Shown here: positions 19,420 through 28,266 of the stretch, piece after piece
Layout of the letters: every line of letters begins with the position of its first letter
Position numbering within the stretch: position 1 is the first letter of the stretch
Assembly: GCA_964634465.1 (NCBI GenBank)
Contig: CAZWLY010000009.1
Span: 80,397-144,396 of the forward strand
Origin: an uncultured Thermodesulfobacteriota bacterium
Lineage (GTDB): Bacteria; Desulfobacterota; Desulfarculia; G963662305
Direction: 5' to 3'
DNA: 64,000 nucleotides
The notes under the pieces: model-generated
The model's input: only the letters and a program-made list of their open reading frames with translations
Told to the model about the DNA's origin: nothing
Databases searched by the model: none
Translations under genes and position numbers: made by a program

Positions 19420-19530
19420 ACCGCTCCCCGCCTCCCGGACCGCCTGGCTGCGGGACGGGCGGCGGATACAACGATCTCTCTTGGCCGGCGCGGGCGAAGA
19501 GAGTCGGTTCACCCCGTGGAGGGAAATGTC

Positions 19531-19704
19531 ATGACCGACTGGAAATGCACCAAGTGCGGCTATACCCTGAAGGCCGGCAAGCCGCCTCCCGAGTGCCCGG
19601 ATTGCAAGGAAAAGTGCGAGTTCGTCGATGTTTCTTGTTACACGCCCGATTGCGGCGGCCCTGAATCGGGCAACATCGACCCCAGACTGGCGCCCCGGAA
19701 ATAG
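19531..19704 (+). CDS. Rubredoxin-like zinc-ribbon protein
   Basis: 'WKCTKCGYTLKAGKPPPECPDCKEKCEF' matches the rubrerythrin-type rubredoxin-like CxxC...CxxC domain. I took the MTDWKC start rather than the track start. Confidence 0.4.
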   Translation: MTDWKCTKCGYTLKAGKPPPECPDCKEKCEFVDVSCYTPDCGGPESGNIDPRLAPRK

Positions 19705-19905
19705 TTCGTGGCTCCAAACGGACCGGCCGGCTCTTTTGGCCCGATGAGCACCGAAGCCGGCCGGAGAGCGCCGCTTCGAGTATGGAACTTGTTCTTGTTT
19801 TCGGGATGCAACCCTGGACCGAGCTGAAGGGTGGAAGAATCGGTCGGGCGTAAGCCCAATCCTTCTTCATCCTTGGCCCCGGCAACGAGAGAGCCGCCCT
19901 GAACC

Positions 19906-20931
19906 ATGCCTATCCCCGGCAACCTGCTGACCACGGCCATGGCCGTCATGCCTCACAAAGACGTGGACCGGGCCCTTGAGACGGCCCTCTCCCTGGATAT
20001 CCCCTTCTGGCCCCAACTCCCCCACGTCAGCTACTACGAGGACATGTACGTCCAGGCCTCGGAACACTTTCCGGGCATCGTCTTGGACCTCGAGGCCCAG
20101 ACGCTTCGCTTCTCCATGGACAAGTTCCTGACCGAGTTCGAAGAGACCATGGCCCGCTTCGAGGAGCCGGAGTACTTCGACATCAGCCCGGACTACTCGG
20201 CCGTCTACCACAAGTTCCTGGACCTGGACCTCTCCGATCGGCCGGCCATCCGCGGCCAGCTCGAGGGGCCGATCAGCTTCGGGTTGAACGTCCACGACCA
20301 GGACGATCGGCCGATCCTCTTCGACGACACGGTCCGGCCGTTCATGCTGGAGGTCATGGCCCGGCGGGTCAACGTCCAACTGGCCCGCCTCAAGGAGCTC
20401 AACCCCAACGCCTTCATGTTCGTGGACGAACCCGGCCTCCAGTTCCTCTTCTCGGCCCTGTCGGGCTACTCCGACACCGCGGCCAAGGCGGATATGGACG
20501 CCTTCCTGGCCCTGATCGAACGGCCGAGGGGCGTCCATCTGTGCGGCAACCCGGATTGGGACTTTCTCTTGAACCTCGATCTGGACGTCCTCTCCCTCGA
20601 CGTCTACACCAACGGCGAGGTTTTCGCCTCTTACGCCCGCTCGATCCAGCGCTTTCTAGATCGGGGCGGGGTGCTGGTCTGGGGCGTGGTGCCGACCAAC
20701 TTCGAGCCGTTTGAAAAGGAGACCGCCGACTCGCTCATCGCCATTGTCGAACGAGCCTGGAACCATCTTTTCGACAACGGCATCGACCGCGATCTGCTGC
20801 TCTCCCAAAGTCTGCTCTCACCGGCCACCTGCTGCCTGGTCAACCCCGACGGCGAGGTGACGGTCGAGAAGGCGTTCGAGTCGATCAAGGAACTCTCGGC
20901 CGTGCTGCGGGAGAAGTACGGTCTGGCCTAG
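19906..20931 (+). CDS. Uroporphyrinogen decarboxylase (URO-D)/MtaA/MetE-like TIM-barrel family protein
   Basis: It is 341 aa, the same size as MtaA. 'RGQLEGPISFGLN', 'FMFVDEPG' and 'HLCGNPDW' resemble URO-D/MtaA/MetE conserved blocks. Confidence 0.45.
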   Translation: MPIPGNLLTTAMAVMPHKDVDRALETALSLDIPFWPQLPHVSYYEDMYVQASEHFPGIVLDLEAQTLRFSMDKFLTEFEETMARFEEPEYFDISPDYSAVYHKFLDLDLSDRPAIRGQLEGPISFGLNVHDQDDRPILFDDTVRPFMLEVMARRVNVQLARLKELNPNAFMFVDEPGLQFLFSALSGYSDTAAKADMDAFLALIERPRGVHLCGNPDWDFLLNLDLDVLSLDVYTNGEVFASYARSIQRFLDRGGVLVWGVVPTNFEPFEKETADSLIAIVERAWNHLFDNGIDRDLLLSQSLLSPATCCLVNPDGEVTVEKAFESIKELSAVLREKYGLA

Positions 20932-21414
20932 TGTCGCCCCCCTGTTTGAGTGAACACCCCCGCCGCAAGCGACGGATTGTCGGCCGCAGATTCTGCGGAA
21001 TCGTTTTCTCCAGCCAAACTGTGGGGAATGAACCCCCTGTGAAGATTCGATTAATCGGCGGGCGGGCCGACGATCCGCCCGCGGGAAGCGTCCGTGCCGG
21101 CCGCCCTTCCGCCGGGCCGACACCGAACCCGCAGAAGCGAGTTGAAAGAGGGGGCGGGCGGCCAAAAAAAACGCTTGGAACCTCAAGCGAAGGCCGACCC
21201 GGAAAAACTATTCATAGAACAATGGAAATTTCTTGGGGCCGCGCCGCGGAATCGAAACAGGAAAAAATGTCTTCTCTGTTATTGTTCCCAAACTCGGACG
21301 CCGGTCGATCAGCTCCATTTCCCTTGACACAACGGCGAACGGGGGTAGACTTAGTATCGTCTCGGCCCGCGATATTCCGGCCCAACCCGACACCTTCTTT
21401 TCAGGAGAAACGAC

Positions 21415-22944
21415 TTGAACGTCTTATTAGTCTACCCTCGCTATCCAGACACGTTCTGGAGCTTCAGATACGCCCTGCGTTTCGTGCGCACCAAAGCCGC
21501 CTACCCGCCGCTGGGCCTGCTCACGGTGGCGGCGATGTTACCGGAGAGCTGGACCAAACGGGTCGTCGATCTGAACATCGAACCGCTCGCCGAGCCCGAC
21601 CTGGATTGGGCCGACCTGGTCTTCATCAGCGGCATGATCATCCAGAGAGAATCGGCCGAGGGAGTCATCGCCCGCTGTCGGGCCAAAGGCGTGAGGGTCG
21701 TGGCCGGCGGGCCGCTGATCACCCACCTCTACCGGGAGATCGAAGGCGTGGACCACTGTATCGTCGGCGAGGCCGAGGAGGTCTTGCCCGACTTCCTGAC
21801 CGATCTCGAGCGGGGCGAGCCCAAACCGGTCTACCAGGCCCAGGGCCATCCCGATCTGGCCCTGACCCCGGCGCCGAGGTGGGAACTGATCGATTTCAAC
21901 GACTACCGCAGCATGTCGATTCAATGCTCCCGCGGCTGCCCGTTCGACTGCGAGTTCTGCGACATCGTCCACCTGTTCGGCCGCCGGATGCGATTCAAGA
22001 AACCGGCCCAGGTCGTAGCCGAGCTCGAGGGCCTGTACCGGTTGGGCTGGCGGCGCGACGTGATGATCGTGGACGACAACTTCATCGGGAACAAGACCAA
22101 GGCGAAGGAACTGCTGCGGGCGATAATCGCCTGGCAGAAAGAGCACGGCAGCCCGTTTAGCTTCAGCACCCAGGCCAGCGTGAATCTGGCCCAGGATCCG
22201 GAACTGATGTCGCTCATGGTCGAGGCCAACCTGGACACCGTCTTCCTGGGCATCGAGACCCCGGCCATGGATTCGCTCAAGGAATGCGAAAAGCGGCAGA
22301 ACCAGGTCGATCTCCTCTCCGCCGTGAAGACCATCCAGGGCTACGGCCTGGTGGTCTCGGGCGGATTCATCCTCGGCTTCGACTCCGATCCACCGACCAT
22401 CTTCGACGACCAGGTCAAGTTTATCGAACAGGCCGGCATCCCGACGGCCATGGTCGGCCTGCTCTCGGCCGGACCCGGCACCAGGCTCTTCAACCGCCTG
22501 CGCGCCCAGGGGCGTCTGCTGAATTTCGTTTCCGGGGACAACGCCATGGACGCCGCCGCCCTGAACTTCATTCCCAAGATGAACCGGGAAAAGCTGATCG
22601 CCGGTTACAAGTCGGTACTCAGCCGTCTCTACGAGCCCAAGGCCTACTACCGCCGGGTGCTGTCCTTTTTGAGAGAGTACGGCAAGGCCTACAAGGGAAA
22701 GAAAGTCTCCTTCCGGCCGCTGGGGATCAAGGACCTGGTGGGCGCGGTTCGAGTCTTCTGGAGGCTGGGTTTCCGCGAGTACGGGCGGCGGGCCTTCTGG
22801 GCCTTCCTGCTCAAGGTCGGCTTGACCCGCCCGACCAGATTCCCGCTGGCGTTGAGCTTCGCCGCCACCGGCTACCACCTCAGAAAAATCACCGATAGAT
22901 TCATCAACGGCAACAAGGGCAACGAGCAGCTCTCGGCGGCCTGA
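21415..22944 (+). CDS. B12-binding radical SAM protein with C-terminal DUF4070-type region
   Basis: An N-terminal B12-binding Rossmann region is followed by 'CSRGCPFDCEFC' (CxxxCxxC). The size and C-terminus are typical of DUF4070-containing B12-rSAM enzymes. TTG start after CAGGAGA. Confidence 0.8.
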   Translation: MNVLLVYPRYPDTFWSFRYALRFVRTKAAYPPLGLLTVAAMLPESWTKRVVDLNIEPLAEPDLDWADLVFISGMIIQRESAEGVIARCRAKGVRVVAGGPLITHLYREIEGVDHCIVGEAEEVLPDFLTDLERGEPKPVYQAQGHPDLALTPAPRWELIDFNDYRSMSIQCSRGCPFDCEFCDIVHLFGRRMRFKKPAQVVAELEGLYRLGWRRDVMIVDDNFIGNKTKAKELLRAIIAWQKEHGSPFSFSTQASVNLAQDPELMSLMVEANLDTVFLGIETPAMDSLKECEKRQNQVDLLSAVKTIQGYGLVVSGGFILGFDSDPPTIFDDQVKFIEQAGIPTAMVGLLSAGPGTRLFNRLRAQGRLLNFVSGDNAMDAAALNFIPKMNREKLIAGYKSVLSRLYEPKAYYRRVLSFLREYGKAYKGKKVSFRPLGIKDLVGAVRVFWRLGFREYGRRAFWAFLLKVGLTRPTRFPLALSFAATGYHLRKITDRFINGNKGNEQLSAA

Positions 22945-22976
22945 TCTGAGACGGCCGACCCCGACCGAATGTGCGG

Positions 22977-24173
22977 TTAGCGCATCGGTCGGGTGCGGCC
23001 GATCAAGACCAGGATCACGGTCACCAGGGCGAGCGAGATCAGGCCGAGGGCGATGAACACCGCCTCGATGGAGAAGGTCTGCTCGATGGCCTTGACCATC
23101 TCCACCGATACGGCGCCGATGCCGAAGGTGAGGATGAACTTGGCGCCGTAGGCCGAGTGCTGGAACCTGGCCGGGGTCAGGCGGGAGACCAGGGTGTTCT
23201 CCACCGGCTGCATGCCCAACAGGAAGAGAAAGTAGACCATGGCGACCAGGAAGAGGGGGAGATCGGTCAGCCAGTGGAGAGCGACCACGGCCGGGATGGT
23301 CGTGGCATGGAAGAAGAGATAGGCCCGCCGGGGATCGAAGCGTTCGCCGATCTGGCCGCCTAGATATTGGCCGAACGCCCCGACCAGGAATATTATCGAC
23401 GACAGGATGGTCGCCAGGAGGTTGGCCGAGATGCCGTCCTGGCCCAGCCCGGCCAGGAGGCGGAGAATGCCCGCGCTTTTGAGTTCCAGATAGGTGGGCA
23501 TGATTACCGTCGCCCCGCGATAGGCCAGCCCGCCGAGCATCATCGCCGCCAACAGGATCAGGAAAGGAACCAACTGGCCGTTGTCGTCCCGGTGCGGCGA
23601 GCGGTTCTGTCCGCCGGAGATGTCCGGCATTCGCATCACCAGCGAGAGCACCAGCCCGAGCAGGTTCAACGCGCCCACGGCGACGTAGGCCGCCCGGGGG
23701 CCCCACCAGAAGGTGGCCAGGCCGGCCATGAGCGGGGCGAGGGCCAGCCCCAGGTTGCCGAAGATGCCGTTGTAGCCCATGGCGATGGGCACGCTGGAGA
23801 CGCCCTTGGAGATCATGCCCAGGCCGATGGGGTGATAGCTGCCGGAGAAGATGCCGAGGCCGGCCAGGGCCAGGCTGAAACTGGTCGGCGAGTCGATGAA
23901 GGCGGCCGCGGCCAGACCCGAGACGCCGGCCCCCAAGAAGAACAGCAGCATGAACGGCTTGGGGCCGAACTTATCGCCCAAAAGACCCCAGGGCAGGGCG
24001 GTCAGCCCGAAGAAGAGATACTGCCAGAACGACAGGCCCAGCACCACGGCCAGGTCCAGCTCCAGCCGGGCGGCCAGGGGCAGGACGATCGCCGGAAAGA
24101 CCAGCATATTGAAGTGGCTCATGAAGTGGCCGAAGCAGGTCACGGCCAGGATGCGTCGGTCCTGGGGATTCAA
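22977..24173 (-). CDS. MFS transporter
   Basis: 12-TM hydropathy with MFS-like loop motifs. Confidence 0.8.
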   Translation of the reverse strand: MNPQDRRILAVTCFGHFMSHFNMLVFPAIVLPLAARLELDLAVVLGLSFWQYLFFGLTALPWGLLGDKFGPKPFMLLFFLGAGVSGLAAAAFIDSPTSFSLALAGLGIFSGSYHPIGLGMISKGVSSVPIAMGYNGIFGNLGLALAPLMAGLATFWWGPRAAYVAVGALNLLGLVLSLVMRMPDISGGQNRSPHRDDNGQLVPFLILLAAMMLGGLAYRGATVIMPTYLELKSAGILRLLAGLGQDGISANLLATILSSIIFLVGAFGQYLGGQIGERFDPRRAYLFFHATTIPAVVALHWLTDLPLFLVAMVYFLFLLGMQPVENTLVSRLTPARFQHSAYGAKFILTFGIGAVSVEMVKAIEQTFSIEAVFIALGLISLALVTVILVLIGRTRPMR

Positions 24174-24364
24174 GGCCCGGGGTCTCCTCGTTGCGAAATT
24201 ACAATCTCACCGAGATTATGCCAGGCCGATCTCGCCGTCAAGCGAGAGGCGGCCTGATTCGCCCCGTCCTCAAAAAAAGAGCGGGGATTCAGCCAGGCCG
24301 AATCCCCGTCAGAGGTCTTGGGGAGGAGGCGGGACGCTCTTTCAGACAACGCCCCGCCTTGTTT

Positions 24365-25297
24365 TCAGGTCAGCAAAAACTCGTTGACCAGGTTTTCCCA
24401 GCCCAGTTCGGGCGCCGCGCCGAAGATGTCATCGACGACGCGACCGCCGGTGGCGGCCAACTGGTGGCCGGTCTGCTGGGCGACCATGGCCGACAGGCGG
24501 CCGGACTCCTCCTCCATCCAGGCCTCGGCCTCCTCGCCGAAAAGCAGGTTCTTGAGGTTGCCCTTCATCTGGGTGGGTTGAATGACCATCAGCCAGCCCT
24601 CGGCGTAGGGGTCGGCGTTGGCCGTTCTGGCCGCTTCGAGGACCTTGGGGTTGCGGGCCACGACCACGCCGTCCACCGGGCTTAGGGCCTCGGCGTGATT
24701 CTGGCCGCGATCGAGGCCGAGCTTGGGCTCACTCTGGGCCACGGTGGCCCCCAGGTCCGGAATGTGGAACTTGTCGACCGGACCGACCAGGCGAAGCGCG
24801 AAGTCGTCCAGGCCGACCCTGACCCGGCCGCCGTACTCCATCCGGGCCCAGGTATGGCCGCGGTGGAAGTAATAGCTCTCCGGCATGTCGAAACCGGCGG
24901 TGAGGTGGGTTGCGGGCCGGTCGAAGTCGCCGCTGAGGCCCATGTCGTCCATCATCTGGTCATAGGGGCAGCGGGCGCAGTCGAAACCGCGGGCGCAGGA
25001 CTTCAGTTGGACCCGACCGGTGAGCATGTGGCGGCACTTGCGGCGGTTGGGCGGAATCTTGAGCCAGTGCTCCGGGGCCACCCAAGGCACGGCCGGCGCT
25101 CCACCCGGCGACTTCAGGGTGCCTTTGGCGATCTTGTCCTGAATGGTCTTGTCGAAACTGCAGGTGGTGCAGTCAAAGGCATTGATGCAGTTGAACGACT
25201 TGACCACGCCGGCCTTGGCCCAGACGCACTGATCACTGGTCATGTCCACGACAACCGGCCTGGTGCTTCTCTTGATCTTGTCCTTGGTGCTGGCCAC
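24365..25297 (-). CDS. Cys-rich protein with C-terminal GcvH-like (lipoyl-type fold) domain lacking the lipoyl-lysine
   Basis: The C-terminal 'GHTWARMEYGGRVRVGLDDFA...IPDLGATVAQSEPKLGLDRGQNHAEALSPVDGVVV...DPYAEGWLMVIQP' aligns to GcvH, but Q/N/H replaces the lipoyl-Lys. The N-terminus has two C-x13-C-x5-C-x2-C motifs. I placed the start at the GTG after GGAGG; 25243 is an alternative. Confidence 0.5.
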   Translation of the reverse strand: MASTKDKIKRSTRPVVVDMTSDQCVWAKAGVVKSFNCINAFDCTTCSFDKTIQDKIAKGTLKSPGGAPAVPWVAPEHWLKIPPNRRKCRHMLTGRVQLKSCARGFDCARCPYDQMMDDMGLSGDFDRPATHLTAGFDMPESYYFHRGHTWARMEYGGRVRVGLDDFALRLVGPVDKFHIPDLGATVAQSEPKLGLDRGQNHAEALSPVDGVVVARNPKVLEAARTANADPYAEGWLMVIQPTQMKGNLKNLLFGEEAEAWMEEESGRLSAMVAQQTGHQLAATGGRVVDDIFGAAPELGWENLVNEFLLT

Positions 25298-25665
25298 GGC
25301 GCCTCCCCCTCCAAAACGTTGTCGGTTGTTACGTCCGCTGTTCACTGGTTTGTGAAGCAGGACTCGGGCCAACTTTATGGGGGACGGAGAGAAAAAATGA
25401 CAACCTACTATTATCACGACAATAATAGACCGATAATCGCCAGAGCGCGGTCCATTGCCACACCGGAGTGGATGTGGCGAAAAGCTGCATCGGCAATGGA
25501 GTTGCGTTACGCTACACTACATAAAGCGTAATGAGAACAATTGGATGCCCGGAAATGATGCATTTTGCAGGAGCAGTGAGGCGAATTGCTGCATCAATCG
25601 CTGGCGGCTAAGCGATGCATTCGGCCACGGTTTAGCGGTCGAGGCGGTGAGGGTAATTATTAGTG

Positions 25666-25699
25666 TTGACAGGCTTGGCTAATTGGCTATATTGCCAAA
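25666..25699 (+). promoter_or_regulatory. Sigma70-type promoter (TTGACA-N16-TATATT) with overlapping ArsR-type operator palindrome ATTGGC-tatatt-GCCAAT
   Basis: Read directly: -35 at 25666-25671 and -10 at 25688-25693. The palindrome at 25682-25699 is centred on the -10. arsR starts at 25723 after the AGGGAG RBS. Confidence 0.5.
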
Positions 25700-25722
25700 T
25701 AGACAAAGTTTAGGGAGCCAAT

Positions 25723-26052
25723 ATGGACCGGATGACCAAAGCTAGGTTCGAGGCCAGAGCCAACATCATGAAGGCGCTGGCCCACCCGACGCGGCTGTTT
25801 ATCGTCGATGAGCTCTCGCGCCAGGAGCGTTGCGTCAACGAGTTGACCGCCATGATCGGCGCCGACGCCTCCACCGTGTCCAAGCACCTGTCGCTTTTGA
25901 AGGGGGCGGGCATCGTCGAGGATGACAAGCGCGGCGCCCAGGTCTACTATCGGCTGAAGGTGCCCTGTATTCTGGGCTTTTTCGGCTGTCTGGAGTCGGT
26001 CATGCAGGCCCAGGCCGAGGATCGACTCCGGCTGGTCGATATCCAATCCTAG
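25723..26052 (+). CDS. ArsR/SmtB family metalloregulator
   Basis: 'ALAHPTRLFIVDELSRQERCVNEL' is the ArsR HTH, with a Cys within the HTH. Confidence 0.8.
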   Translation: MDRMTKARFEARANIMKALAHPTRLFIVDELSRQERCVNELTAMIGADASTVSKHLSLLKGAGIVEDDKRGAQVYYRLKVPCILGFFGCLESVMQAQAEDRLRLVDIQS

Positions 26053-26137
26053 CGGGGGCGGCGATCCCTGATCGGCCCCCGTTGCGTTGCGGGAATATTT
26101 GGTCAATTGGCCAAATGGCCCGATAGGAGCGGACGAG

Positions 26138-26655
26138 ATGAAAGAGCGTTACAAATTGCTGCTGCTCGCGGCCGTGTTCGCGGCGGCGTCTTTTGTTCCC
26201 TGGGACGATGAGTTCGTCAGCGCCTCGGTGCTGGAGGCGCTGATGATGCTCCGGGAATACGCCCGGGAACACGTTTTGACCTGCCTCGTTCCGGCCTTTT
26301 TTATTGCCGGGGCCATCTCGGTCTTTGTCTCCCAGGCCTCGGTCCTCAAGTACTTTGGGGTCCAGGCCAAAAGATGGCTGTCCTACTCGGTCGCCTCGGT
26401 CTCGGGGGCGGTGCTGGCCGTGTGCTCCTGTACGGTGTTGCCGCTTTTCGCCGGCATCTACAGCCGGGGGCCGGCATCGGTCCGGCCACGGCCTTTCTCT
26501 ACTCCGGCCCGGCCATCAACGTTCTGGCCGTCGTCCTGACGGCCCGAGTTCTGGGCTGGCGGCTGGGCCTGGCCCGGGCCGTGGGGGCGGTCGTCTTCGC
26601 CGTCATCGCCGGTTTGTTGATGGCTATCATCTTCCGCAAGGACGATGCGGCCTGA
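26138..26655 (+). pseudogene. DUF318/ArsP-type permease, N-terminal half; apparent 1-nt frameshift in a G5 run at 26466-26470
   Basis: Frame A ends '...CSCTVLPLFAGIYSRG'. Frame B continues with the expected '...AGIGPATAFLYSGPAINVLAVVLT'. The junction is at CGGGGGCC. This could be a true pseudogene or an assembly homopolymer error. Confidence 0.5.
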
Positions 26656-26667
26656 GCCGCCGGGCCG

Positions 26668-27282
26668 ATGCACCTGCCCGAAGAAGAAGGAAAAGGCCGG
26701 ACGTTGCTCCAGGAGGGGTTGTACCTGCTGGTTCTGGTCTTGATCCTGGTCTTCGCCGCCTTTGCCCGGCCGGCCGAGGAGTCGAGCGGGCTGTGGGCGA
26801 CCATCTTCGCCGTCAAGTGGCCTCTCACCGCCGGTTTGCTGATCATCCTCGGCCTGATGCTCAGGGCCTGGTTCACCAGGGCCGAAACCATCGGTTGGGT
26901 CCAGGCCTCCTGGGGCTTCATGAAGCAGATCTTCCCTCTGCTTTTCGCCGGGGTGCTGGCGGCCGGGTTCATGCTCGGTCGGCCGGGCCACCCGGCCCTG
27001 ATTCCTGAGGCGTGGATTCAATCTTTGGTCGGCGGCAACTCGCTGGCGGCCAACCTGTTCGCCTCGGTGGCCGGGGCGTTGATGTATTTCGCCACCTTGA
27101 CCGAGGTGCCCATCCTGCAGGGCTTGATCGGCTCGGGCATGGGCCAGGGCCCGGCCCTGAGCCTGCCCAACATGCTGGTCATCGGCGGAGTGATGGGCTG
27201 GAAGAAGACGCTGGTCTTCTGCTCGATCATCGTCGTCATGTCCACCCTGGCCGGGATGCTTTACGGCTCGCTTAGCGGATGA
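26668..27282 (+). CDS. DUF318/ArsP-type permease, C-terminal half (separate ORF)
   Basis: Second repeat of the permease ('FATLTEVPILQGLIGSGMGQGPALSLPNMLVIGGVMG'). A stop at 26653-26655 separates it from the N-half. Confidence 0.5.
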   Translation: MHLPEEEGKGRTLLQEGLYLLVLVLILVFAAFARPAEESSGLWATIFAVKWPLTAGLLIILGLMLRAWFTRAETIGWVQASWGFMKQIFPLLFAGVLAAGFMLGRPGHPALIPEAWIQSLVGGNSLAANLFASVAGALMYFATLTEVPILQGLIGSGMGQGPALSLPNMLVIGGVMGWKKTLVFCSIIVVMSTLAGMLYGSLSG

Positions 27283-27339
27283 TTCGACCATCACCCCGGC
27301 CGGGGCGAGGCCGGGCAAGAAGAAAAAAGGAGAGAATCG

Positions 27340-27591
27340 ATGGAGATAAAAGTCCTGGGTCCTGGTTGCGCCAACTGCCGGAAGACCGAACAGGCGGTCA
27401 GAGAGGCCGTGGCCGAGAGCGGTTTAAAGGCCAAAATCGAGAAGGTGACCGACGTCATGGAGATCGCCTCCCACGGCGTTTTCGGCACCCCGGCGGTGGT
27501 CATCGACGGCCAGGTCAAATCGGCGGGCAAGGTGCCGACCAAGAGCGAGGTTCTGGGTTGGCTGAAGGCGGCCTCGAGGAAAGAGGCCTGA
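27340..27591 (+). CDS. Thioredoxin-fold 'redox-active disulfide protein 2' family protein
   Basis: 'MEIKVLGPGCANCRK...GVFGTPAVVIDGQV'. It is the classic partner of ArsR plus DUF318 permease. Confidence 0.75.
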   Translation: MEIKVLGPGCANCRKTEQAVREAVAESGLKAKIEKVTDVMEIASHGVFGTPAVVIDGQVKSAGKVPTKSEVLGWLKAASRKEA

Positions 27592-27990
27592 AACCGAGGC
27601 CGGAGGGCCGAGCCGAAGCGCCGGGCGGCTTGGGCCGACTCCAGAACGGTGATCGGCTCGAAGCCGCGAACAAATCGGATCCCCGGGTGACGCGCCCGCC
27701 CGCTGGTCTATCGGCGCCGACCCGGTCGGGCGGAAATGGCGGTTGAACGTCTTGTGACTGGTTGTGACCGGGTTGGGGGGATGTCTTCACCCCGATTCGT
27801 CGGGGTGGTCGCGCAGCCAGCCGAGGAGCGAGCAGGCCGTCGGGACCTGAGGCAGATGAGCCAGAGGATCCGGCGACACATCCTCGTCCGCGTACCGCTG
27901 CTTCCTTCCGGACCTGACGGGGTTGGCGGGGGTTTGTTGCGCTGGTTCCGACTCGTCCTCAGGCCCCGACGGCCTGCTCGCAAAAGGCAT

Positions 27991-28266
27991 TCAGGTATCT
28001 ACCCGTTCCTTGAGCTCCTTGCCCACCTTGAAGAACGGCAGCTTTTTCTTGGAGACCTGGATCACCTCGCCGGTTTTGGGGTTGCGGCCCTGATAACCGT
28101 CGTAGCTCTTGACTTTGAAGCTGCCGAACCCCCTGATCTCGACGCGATCACCTTCGATGAGGGCGTTTTCGATGCTGCCGAAGAACGTGTTGACGATCAA
28201 CTCGGCCTTCTTGATGGTCAAACCCTCTTGCTTGGCCAAGGCTTCGATGAGTTGGGACTTGTTCAT
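27991..28266 (-). CDS. HU/IHF family DNA-binding protein (IHF-like)
   Basis: 'RVEIRGFGSFKVKSYDGYQGRNPKTGEVI...FKVGKELKERV'. Confidence 0.8.
   Translation of the reverse strand: MNKSQLIEALAKQEGLTIKKAELIVNTFFGSIENALIEGDRVEIRGFGSFKVKSYDGYQGRNPKTGEVIQVSKKKLPFFKVGKELKERVDT

Noticed and set aside
25455-25682. 75-aa ORF in the arsR upstream region
   Set aside because: It has low GC3 and no RBS. It overlaps the predicted arsR promoter and operator, so regulatory DNA is the more plausible reading.
27592-27990. ORFs 27787-27990(-), 27708-27983(-) and 27736-28290(+) near the IHF-like gene
   Set aside because: They are Pro/Arg/Glu-rich with no motif. They overlap each other and the conserved IHF gene in antisense. 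I treated them as non-coding 3' region, though a small real gene is not excluded.
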